Of a stretch of 51,156 nt of DNA, positions 1 to 8,108 are shown piece by piece. The stretch's first letter is position 1. Every line of letters starts with the position of its first letter. Source of the DNA: Bdellovibrionota bacterium (GTDB lineage Bacteria; Bdellovibrionota_C; UBA2361; JBGSMV01); NCBI GenBank assembly GCA_041739995.1, contig JBGSMV010000045.1, positions 1-51,156 of the forward strand, given 5' to 3'. The translations under genes and the position numbers were made by a program. A model generated the notes under the pieces. That model was not told the DNA's origin. It ran no database searches and saw only the letters and a list, made by a program, of their open reading frames with translations.

Positions 1-1
1 T

Positions 2-3000
2 GGCATCTACCACTTTCTTCTGGGGACGACCGTACCCGCACTTGGAACGTCATGGTGCGTGGCGAACATCGCCCAAGATCAAACCGAAGTATGGAAGCTG
101 GCAGAAGTTGGCTTGAAGAATTCCAACATTGTGGCGCGCTCGCGCGCTCGGCCTGGGCTTATGGGTTGGGGGCAAATTCAAATCTCACAGTATGACGAGC
201 CGAGCAATCCCGTCGAGGTATCGTCCCTCTTCCTGTGGTTTGATTCTCTCATAAGCAGCACCGTGCAGTGGCTGACGGTGTGGACTGGCGTGTACCAGCA
301 AGTCGGTAGTGATGACGCAAGCTCTGGGATTCTGAAGGCGCCCGAAGGCTTCGCCTCAACGAGTGCCGACCAGTATTATCTTCTCTCCAATACCAAGTGG
401 CCGATGCTCGATCGTATCACTGGAGCACGCCTGCACAACGGCGATGTGCGTGACGCGTTAGTGACATTCTTGAGTTCAGAGTGTGGCGATACTCTCGCGC
501 GTTCGGTTGAGCCTGGGAACCTAATCGCCGCGTCAAATTCAAAGACGGGAGATATTCCTTACTCGGTATTTCGAGGTGTGACTGCGCCGACAAACGGAGT
601 AGGTGGCACAGCGCCTGCGGCACAATGTAACTCAAGTACCTCTACTCCTCGAAATTACTCAAATGTAACCAAGGCGCTTTCAAACCAGCTTATTCCAGTA
701 CCTCGATCAGTGCGGCGTTCGTGGTGGAATCCAGACCGTGCGAGTACTGGCAACATTTCCACAGCGGGTGCTAATCTTAAAGGAACTTTGCCAGGATTCT
801 ACCAGGACTATTCCTTCAGTTACCTTCCTCCTTCCATTCCATTTTTTGGATTCTTTGGGTTTGGTGGAGGATTTCAGATTCCGATTCCTCCTACACACCC
901 AGGGGCCGCTCGAATCGACACCTATCTTGAAAACGAAGACAACATGTCCTGTGCGGACCTCATGTTTTACGTGATCAACGGCATGCGCTGGGAAGCAGGA
1001 CAGGCGTATTACCAGATGGTTTCCACCGCTCCTCAGAACATGAATAGCGACCAAGTGATCTTCAATCTCTTCTACGGATGGGATCTGAGAGATCAGTGTG
1101 GTAAGAAACTCGAGGATGCCACGCAGCTACGCGCATTTCTTCAAGACCTCATTCTTGTCCATCTGGTTAGGAATGAGATGGCAATCGCCCCCAAAGTCGT
1201 TGATTCTCGGTACCTTCAGCAAAGTGCCACAGCGGGGAATGATTCTAACCGTTTCATCGCAGAAACCGGCGGCAAATCTAAGTTTGGTGAGATCTACGTT
1301 TGGGCACTGATGACACCTTATTTGCAAGGGGTGCTGCTCTATTTGTTCGCCATGATGTACCCATTTGTTTGTGTCGTGGTCGTGGTGCCGGGCTGGCATA
1401 AGACTCTGTTCACTTGGATGTCATTTTGGGCCTGGGTCAAGCTCTGGGATGTCGGCTTTGCAATCGTGATTGTGCTCGAGCGCACTATCTGGGCCATCAT
1501 GGGAAATAACTCTACTGCCCAGAATTTGAGCGGCCATATTGTAGAGATGCAAAACTGGGCGAAGGTGAACGTCGAGACCTGTCGTGTTGGCGGTCCCGAT
1601 TGTCCAGTGGTCCCCGCTATTGTAGATGGCATGACCGTCAGCGGTGCCGACGGACTACGCGAAGCATGGCAGAATCTGCTTGCGGTGTTTGATCGCGCCA
1701 TGTTGGTTGGATCATCGATCGATATCGACATTCAGAACGGTTACTACATTTACATCATGTCTGCGCTTTACTTCGCTGTCCCTGCGGTAACTGGACAGCT
1801 AGTGCTCGGCGCAAAGGCTGGAGCCGCTGGCCTCGCGAGCAATCTGTTTCAGGGTGCGCAGAGCGATGGTGGAAGGGCGGCGAGTCAGGCATTTACGGGA
1901 GGTCTAAGAAATGCCGCGGCCGCGAACTCAGCCAGTGTCTCCCAAGCTGGAACTGCTAAGGCTTTTAGAGGAGAGGGCATTGCAGGTCGAGCGATTCAAG
2001 CAGGAAACGAGCAGGCACAGCACGATCTTGCGGGACGATTCGCTAATGCTGCCGAGGGAGGCCTTGGTCGGTTGAGCTCAGTTAATGGGATGAACTCTGG
2101 GATGGCGCGCTCCAATCTATCTGCGGGCCTTGGGATGGCAAATCTTTGGACCTCGGCTCACGGAATCGCAGCACTTGAGGCGATGGCCGGGTTCAATAAA
2201 CTTGCAGGAGTGCCCGACGGCATGCAGTCTCGAGGACTGGGTGGAGGAGCTACTTCTGGTGGTGTTGCCGGTGGGAGTGGAGGCGTAGTGCCCGGTTCGC
2301 TTGGTGGAGGAACCGGTGGATCGGGAGTTCTCGGAGGAGGAATTCCCACACGAGGAGCTGGACCGACTGGAGTGGCTGGGAGTGCCTCTGGTGGGCAGTC
2401 TGGCGCATGGTCGGTTTTGGGTGCGATGGCGGCGGGAAACCTTGATGAGCACATGCGTCGAGGGATTAGTGAGGGAATAAACGCCGTAGGGAGCAATGCG
2501 ATTGATCGCGGGTTTAACCGAGTCGGGCTTGGACTGATGAGTGGGCAAGCCAACGCAGCCGTCGCGGGATTTGGCTACGGATTCCAGGGTACGGCTGCTG
2601 GGAATCAGCAATCTCGTTTAGGTGGACATGCAGAGTTCAATGCCGAGATGGGGGCGTGGGAGGGGCGTCGTGACTTTGCAAACCAGACCTCGGGATACCT
2701 GAGTGCTCTTGGAGTTGACTCTAGTGCGGTGAGCCCTGGATCAAAGCCTAGCAGCATGATGGGGATGGCAATGTCCGGGATGCTCGGCTCGGGCACGAAG
2801 GACGCAGCAAATTACTTTGCCGCAGGCGGGGCGTTCCTCTCCGGCGGCGCACAGGCACAGTCGCAGCTGGATGCGATGTACGGAGGTGCGGCGGTTTCCT
2901 CAGCTTATAATTCTGGAACTTGGGGCGGGGAACTTACCAATGCCGCTGGCGCAATTAATCAATCCATGCCGTCGATGGATCAGATTCAAGGGATTTATAG

Positions 3001-3127
3001 TCAGTCGGTGGATCAAACTGCGAAGGTTGCTACTTGGATGGCAACGGGCGGAGATCCAAATAATGCCCCGACCCTTGAGGGCATCCCCAATCCGATTGGG
3101 ATCGCCGATGGCAACCGGAAAGATTAG
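2..3127 (+). CDS. TraG-like conjugal transfer/mating-pair stabilisation protein (TraG N-terminal domain plus long Gly/Ala/Ser-rich C-terminus); 5' end lies outside the window
   Basis: The frame is open from position 2. The membrane block PYLQGVLLYLFAMMYPFVCVVVVVPGWHKTLFTWMSFWAWVKLWD and the later helix YIYIMSALYFAVPAVTGQLV resemble TraG_N/VirB6-like proteins. A low-complexity GAS-rich tail follows. Confidence 0.6.
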   Translation, partial: GIYHFLLGTTVPALGTSWCVANIAQDQTEVWKLAEVGLKNSNIVARSRARPGLMGWGQIQISQYDEPSNPVEVSSLFLWFDSLISSTVQWLTVWTGVYQQVGSDDASSGILKAPEGFASTSADQYYLLSNTKWPMLDRITGARLHNGDVRDALVTFLSSECGDTLARSVEPGNLIAASNSKTGDIPYSVFRGVTAPTNGVGGTAPAAQCNSSTSTPRNYSNVTKALSNQLIPVPRSVRRSWWNPDRASTGNISTAGANLKGTLPGFYQDYSFSYLPPSIPFFGFFGFGGGFQIPIPPTHPGAARIDTYLENEDNMSCADLMFYVINGMRWEAGQAYYQMVSTAPQNMNSDQVIFNLFYGWDLRDQCGKKLEDATQLRAFLQDLILVHLVRNEMAIAPKVVDSRYLQQSATAGNDSNRFIAETGGKSKFGEIYVWALMTPYLQGVLLYLFAMMYPFVCVVVVVPGWHKTLFTWMSFWAWVKLWDVGFAIVIVLERTIWAIMGNNSTAQNLSGHIVEMQNWAKVNVETCRVGGPDCPVVPAIVDGMTVSGADGLREAWQNLLAVFDRAMLVGSSIDIDIQNGYYIYIMSALYFAVPAVTGQLVLGAKAGAAGLASNLFQGAQSDGGRAASQAFTGGLRNAAAANSASVSQAGTAKAFRGEGIAGRAIQAGNEQAQHDLAGRFANAAEGGLGRLSSVNGMNSGMARSNLSAGLGMANLWTSAHGIAALEAMAGFNKLAGVPDGMQSRGLGGGATSGGVAGGSGGVVPGSLGGGTGGSGVLGGGIPTRGAGPTGVAGSASGGQSGAWSVLGAMAAGNLDEHMRRGISEGINAVGSNAIDRGFNRVGLGLMSGQANAAVAGFGYGFQGTAAGNQQSRLGGHAEFNAEMGAWEGRRDFANQTSGYLSALGVDSSAVSPGSKPSSMMGMAMSGMLGSGTKDAANYFAAGGAFLSGGAQAQSQLDAMYGGAAVSSAYNSGTWGGELTNAAGAINQSMPSMDQIQGIYSQSVDQTAKVATWMATGGDPNNAPTLEGIPNPIGIADGNRKD

Positions 3128-3375
3128 CTAATATTGCGGAGATTGGCTGCGCTGATGGCGAGATGCTCATGAGAGAGCACCGCGACCAAAGGAGCGAATC
3201 TATTCTGAGTGCGAAAGTGCTGATGAGCTTTCGCCACTGTTTAACTGGCATAGTAAGCTGAGTTTGTTAGAGATATAGGGCTCTCAGCGATTTGAAAAAT
3301 AAGGCACCCCTAGACTGAATTCGTCCATAACAAACATGTCAGTATTCGAGATCCGCACAGAGGAGTAGGGGTGTC

Positions 3376-6102
3376 ATGGCAATGAATTTGAAGGAAGACC
3401 GCTCACCTTTGGTAGAGCTTGGCGTAAAGCGAGGGGGGCGTGCGCCTGTCGCACGTTCGCTCATGCAAGAGGCATTTGGGATCTCTGAGAAACAAGAGAG
3501 ACTAGACCATCTCGTCCAGAGAGTTGGGAAAATTAGTAAGGCCCTGACTCAAGGAGAATCCAGGGAGATCTTTTTCTCCCCGTCGACGCCCATCGCCGGC
3601 ATGCTGGAGAGATACCACGAAGCAAGTTCATCGACCAAAGCACTATCCGCAGTCGCTGATTACAGGCCAATGTGTGAGGCAACTTTAGGTAAACTTTCAC
3701 GGGCGCTGGGAAAGGCATTACTGGGAGAGGCTCAGCAAAATAGCCATGCCTTCGAATCAGCTCTCAAAACACTTTCATTAGCGGACATAGAAGTAGCGAA
3801 AAGAGCGGTGGCCGCTGCCGACCCGTCTAGTGCTAGTTCCTCCGTGGCGGTCGCGCTGATTGAAAAAGCCCGCGCGACGAATAACATCCAAACACAATCG
3901 TCCAGTGATTTAGGGAGTAGGGGCGTCGCGACGGGGTCGAGGTCTTCTTCGGCACAGGCCAGTACTACAGGTCCGATGAACGCCAAGGGCGCCGGTGGGG
4001 GCGTCCCCGTTTTACCAGTAGCTCCTCATGGCGCGGGCGGTGCAGCCATCATTCCCGGGATAGTCAATGGACCGAACGCTGGCGCAGGGCGAGGCGGTCG
4101 ATTCGGCGGTCTGGGTCGCATCGCAAACGGCTTCTGGAATCATCGTTGGAACCCCACAAATATTCTTCGAGAATTTGCCTATCTACCGAAGTTTGAACGT
4201 CCCTCGTTTATTGATGTATTCAAGGTTGCGCAGTTTGTGGCGACTCCGGCCATTGGGTATGGGGCATTTTGGGCCGCTTCGAAGGTCACCTTCGCGGTAG
4301 TGGGGGCGGTTAATCCTGTCTTTGCAGCGACTGTTGCGACGGGTGTCGGATTGTTTATCGGCCTAAAGGTGGGGGCAAAGGCCTACGACACCTCAATGAC
4401 CCTATTGCGTCGCATTCTTGGCAATCGCATCCAAGCCCCACTCCAACTTGATGTGCAGTCAGCAAAAACGCCCGCCGGATACATGGTGCGGGTACGGAAT
4501 GCTACAGAGTTAATCGCGAAGACGATGGGTCTTGGCTACGTTGTAGATTTAGCTGAATCAGTAATTTTCCTTCGAAAGGAGATTGACTCGGGCCTCGATG
4601 TTCTGCGTCGTTTTAATGATGCACGAGCAGCGGGTGCGAAAACGAGCCCGAATGATTTGAAGCGACTGCAAGATCAGGTCGACCGGTACATGCAGAACGT
4701 GTCGAAGCAGGTAGCGCCAAGCGAGAAGCGCTATGCAATTCTGCTTCAGCGTAGAGATCAAATGATCCAGCCTGTTAAAGACTCGCTTCGCGTCCATAAT
4801 CCTTCGCTGCTAGGACGTCTTGAAGCTGCCGCAGTTTGTGGATTCACATTCGACTCTCCTGGACGTATGGAGAGGTGGCGTGCCTTCGCCGCTCGAAGTT
4901 CTGACTTTGAAACGAAACAGGTCAGCGAGGAGTTTTCGAAGTTTCTGAAAACTCTTTCGCGTCCAGAGCGCCAGGCTTGGGAATCGGCGGTTCAGCTGGA
5001 CAAAAAGCTTCTCGATCCTTGGACAAAATCGTTGCATGGCGCGGCGGTACGCACGGCAAGATTCATCGACTCCCTGGTCGACCCGGTCGACTACACAGAT
5101 CCTTCTGGCCCGAAACCGAAACCTGTTCCAATGCCAAAGGATCTTGCGGACTATTTCAACGGAGTTCTGCAAGTCCAGTTTAAAAATTCAAGTTCGCCAA
5201 GTGGATTTTCCACGCAAACCCTAGCGCCTACTGTTGGCGGTTTTGACATACGAAACACCGGGCAGCTGAGAGCATGGGAGGAGGCAGCAAATAATGATCC
5301 TCTGCATGCCCCGCTGGCTCAGAAGTTAAGAGATCATATTGCTGAGCTTAGAGTTAAGGAACCGAGCGCTGCCGCAGCTTGGGATTACCTCTATTCACTG
5401 GATGGACGTGTTTCTGCGGCGATGGGTCAGTGGAACGCGCGGGACAGTTTCATTGAAGAGATAAAAATCGACTTGCGTGGGCGAGATGAGAGACATCCGG
5501 ACATTAAAATTAGCCAGTTTACTCCGCGTCATACGATCAGTCCGCTGGACTTCTTTAAGCTTGGGTACGAGGTCCCCGCGAAGCTCCTGACCGTGTTGTT
5601 CAAGGGTAAGCGATTCTCGTCCACCTGGAATCCCCTAAATCGCGGATTTGTCGAGACGGATTTAGTGGAACCTTTGATGAGTTTTATTGAGGTCGTTAGG
5701 TATATTGATGAAAAGGAGAAAGTTTGGGCGACTGGTTCGAACTTCGAGAAAGATCAAGCGATGGGACAGATCGAGATTCAGATTAAGGGCCTTCCTATTG
5801 GAGAGCGCGTAGCCCAGTATGGCGATCGAAAAGTCATCCTCCCAGCGGTGCAGGAGCAGCTCCTAAATCGGTACCATGTTGTTGCAAGAGCGATCGAGGG
5901 AATAATCGATAACTCTGTGCGTAGTCAGGATCCGAAAGTGAAGGCAGCCTTCGTCGCCTATACTCTCGGCTTCCCTCTTTTTGGGCAAATCACTCCTTGG
6001 ATTTACGGCGCCGTTGGGGCGCCCACGGGTGCGGTATTGACCGCTGTTGCTGCCAAAGCGAGAAAGACGTGGATGCAAGGTGATGCTCAGAACAAGAAGT
6101 AG
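3376..6102 (+). CDS. Hypothetical 908-aa membrane-associated protein
   Basis: Long ORF with GAGGAG upstream. It has a central hydrophobic hairpin (FVATPAIGYGAFWAASKVTFAVVGAVNPVFAATVATGVGLFIG), helical segments and a hydrophobic C-terminus. No family recognised. Confidence 0.8.
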   Translation: MAMNLKEDRSPLVELGVKRGGRAPVARSLMQEAFGISEKQERLDHLVQRVGKISKALTQGESREIFFSPSTPIAGMLERYHEASSSTKALSAVADYRPMCEATLGKLSRALGKALLGEAQQNSHAFESALKTLSLADIEVAKRAVAAADPSSASSSVAVALIEKARATNNIQTQSSSDLGSRGVATGSRSSSAQASTTGPMNAKGAGGGVPVLPVAPHGAGGAAIIPGIVNGPNAGAGRGGRFGGLGRIANGFWNHRWNPTNILREFAYLPKFERPSFIDVFKVAQFVATPAIGYGAFWAASKVTFAVVGAVNPVFAATVATGVGLFIGLKVGAKAYDTSMTLLRRILGNRIQAPLQLDVQSAKTPAGYMVRVRNATELIAKTMGLGYVVDLAESVIFLRKEIDSGLDVLRRFNDARAAGAKTSPNDLKRLQDQVDRYMQNVSKQVAPSEKRYAILLQRRDQMIQPVKDSLRVHNPSLLGRLEAAAVCGFTFDSPGRMERWRAFAARSSDFETKQVSEEFSKFLKTLSRPERQAWESAVQLDKKLLDPWTKSLHGAAVRTARFIDSLVDPVDYTDPSGPKPKPVPMPKDLADYFNGVLQVQFKNSSSPSGFSTQTLAPTVGGFDIRNTGQLRAWEEAANNDPLHAPLAQKLRDHIAELRVKEPSAAAAWDYLYSLDGRVSAAMGQWNARDSFIEEIKIDLRGRDERHPDIKISQFTPRHTISPLDFFKLGYEVPAKLLTVLFKGKRFSSTWNPLNRGFVETDLVEPLMSFIEVVRYIDEKEKVWATGSNFEKDQAMGQIEIQIKGLPIGERVAQYGDRKVILPAVQEQLLNRYHVVARAIEGIIDNSVRSQDPKVKAAFVAYTLGFPLFGQITPWIYGAVGAPTGAVLTAVAAKARKTWMQGDAQNKK

Positions 6103-6139
6103 GAAGCGGTTTCTGGTCTGAAGAAGGTAGAGGAGTCTT

Positions 6140-8023
6140 ATGTTTGATTTGCTTGGCCGAGTATTGGGGCGCCCGACCCCGGATGTGCCAGGCACTCCCA
6201 GTCCTCATATCGCGCCGTTTGTGCCGATCGGTGGAGGGCTCGCCGGCGCACGGATTACCGCAGCGTTGACGTCCGTGGATCTTCGACGCGCGCATCTGCA
6301 CGGTGCTAACCTTCCCGCCGAACTTGGTCGTACGAATCGTTTGACCCGTGAGGGCTATGCAATTATTGAGTTCGTCGGTTCTCCTGAGACTAGTGACGGG
6401 AGATTCCCTCGAATAGCTGCATATGGACCGAGCCTGGAGCGCCTCGCGGAGTGGGCTAAGCAATACAAGCGCGAGATCTTGGAAATTGAACCGATTTTAG
6501 CTCGGCGTGAGCATGTAAAGGGTTCAACAAGCGATGGCATTCATTATTATGTGCGATATAGGGAGACCGATGATCTCGTAGCGAAACTAGCGGCGGATCC
6601 CAGCGCATCACCTCGATCCGTGGGAGCAATTGATCAGGTGGTTGAGCAGGCTTCGCGAGCCTGTGGCCCCGCTCGTTTCGGCTTTGTCACAAAGAACGGT
6701 CTGATAATTCAGATCCATGATCGAATTTTCTCAAGGTCAGCCGAGGATGAGGCAATTCCGCGCGCGAACCAAAACTATCTTCTCGAAAATGGTGCGCATG
6801 AGGAGAGAATGGGTGGCGCTAAGCGATTAAAGTACACCTACGCTGTTGGTCTTGCAGAACACGTTAGGCCTGGCATGCCCACGGTGGCATTTACCGGAAT
6901 GCAGATATGGAAGACAAAGCCGGATCTTCGAGAACCGCAATTTGAGCAGCGAGCGAAGCTCCCTCGACTCCCTCATTCAGCGGCGCCGGGAAATATCGAA
7001 GCAGAGGCCAAGGTCGAAGCGGGAGTGGTAGCTTCCCGTGGTTATAGGATGCCAGATGGGAGTGTCTGGCGATTCATTGGTTACCGAGGGCCACCCCCTG
7101 GAGGCGATAATTATTCTACCGCTCAGCAGGAGCGGCGGTTCGCTGAGATAATAACCGATGTTTTCGATCGACAGAATGTCGTCGATGTTAAGAATCTTCA
7201 CTACTTTCGGAATTGGGGAAGTCACACTAAAGCCACGCAGGATAACTCGGGTGCTATTCAGGGCTTTTACTTCGGTTGTCTGGTTCGATGTGAGGATGGC
7301 CCGAGTGCAGATGCTGCACCTTCATGTCCACCACCGCGTTCTGCGTTTAGTACTATTGAGATATCGGCGGCAGGCTATCGTGCTCAGAATAAAAAATCAG
7401 AGCATGGAGTCATTGGGCCGAAAGGAGAGGGCTTTTCGATCATTGAGTATTTCGCTGCTCCAGAAAGAAACGGAGAGATCACAGTCGAACAGCAGTGGGA
7501 TGAATTTCTCAGGCGCATAGGCGACTGGATGCAAAAGTACCCAGAGCGAGAAATTCTAGAAACAGCTTTCAATGTTTCTGAAGCCCCATTTATTACCCCA
7601 CAGGACAAGGGGTATCGCTACCGAATGGTATTGCGTTTTAATGAAACTAATTTTAAGCCGGACCAAGCGACCAAGGAAGTGCCGAAACCTGCGCTTTCGA
7701 CTTTCGAACTGGTTTCGGCTGAAATGAAGCGACAAACGCTAGACGCTTATGCCGGATACGAACACAAGCCTGGATATGGTAATGCCATCATCCACTTCTT
7801 TACCCCTCCTCCTATCGGTAACGAAATAGGTGTTCGGGAAGGGAACTGGCAGGGACTCCTTCACTTGAATGAATGGATGAAGGCGCATCCCGACAGGCGT
7901 ATCGTAGAGTTCACCCCCTTCTTTCGGTGGGACAATCCCGCAGTTCCGGTCCACAGTGGGAACTCGTTCGAACATTCTTGGTTTGTCCGCTATGAGCCCA
8001 TATCAGGCAAGCTCTCCGAGTAG
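6140..8023 (+). CDS. Hypothetical 627-aa protein with 3-4 divergent internal repeats of about 105-115 aa
   Basis: GAGGAG RBS before the ATG. Recurring pattern G(Y/F)xII(E/H)(F/Y)...L..W....(P).R.I.E...(V/L)R(Y/F). Confidence 0.8.
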   Translation: MFDLLGRVLGRPTPDVPGTPSPHIAPFVPIGGGLAGARITAALTSVDLRRAHLHGANLPAELGRTNRLTREGYAIIEFVGSPETSDGRFPRIAAYGPSLERLAEWAKQYKREILEIEPILARREHVKGSTSDGIHYYVRYRETDDLVAKLAADPSASPRSVGAIDQVVEQASRACGPARFGFVTKNGLIIQIHDRIFSRSAEDEAIPRANQNYLLENGAHEERMGGAKRLKYTYAVGLAEHVRPGMPTVAFTGMQIWKTKPDLREPQFEQRAKLPRLPHSAAPGNIEAEAKVEAGVVASRGYRMPDGSVWRFIGYRGPPPGGDNYSTAQQERRFAEIITDVFDRQNVVDVKNLHYFRNWGSHTKATQDNSGAIQGFYFGCLVRCEDGPSADAAPSCPPPRSAFSTIEISAAGYRAQNKKSEHGVIGPKGEGFSIIEYFAAPERNGEITVEQQWDEFLRRIGDWMQKYPEREILETAFNVSEAPFITPQDKGYRYRMVLRFNETNFKPDQATKEVPKPALSTFELVSAEMKRQTLDAYAGYEHKPGYGNAIIHFFTPPPIGNEIGVREGNWQGLLHLNEWMKAHPDRRIVEFTPFFRWDNPAVPVHSGNSFEHSWFVRYEPISGKLSE

Positions 8024-8108
8024 ATGTTCGGGCTGAGGCACAGATCCAAGAAATCCATCATAACCTATTAAGCTGAAAGACTTTAGGTTCTTACCGGAGG
8101 AAGTGGGC

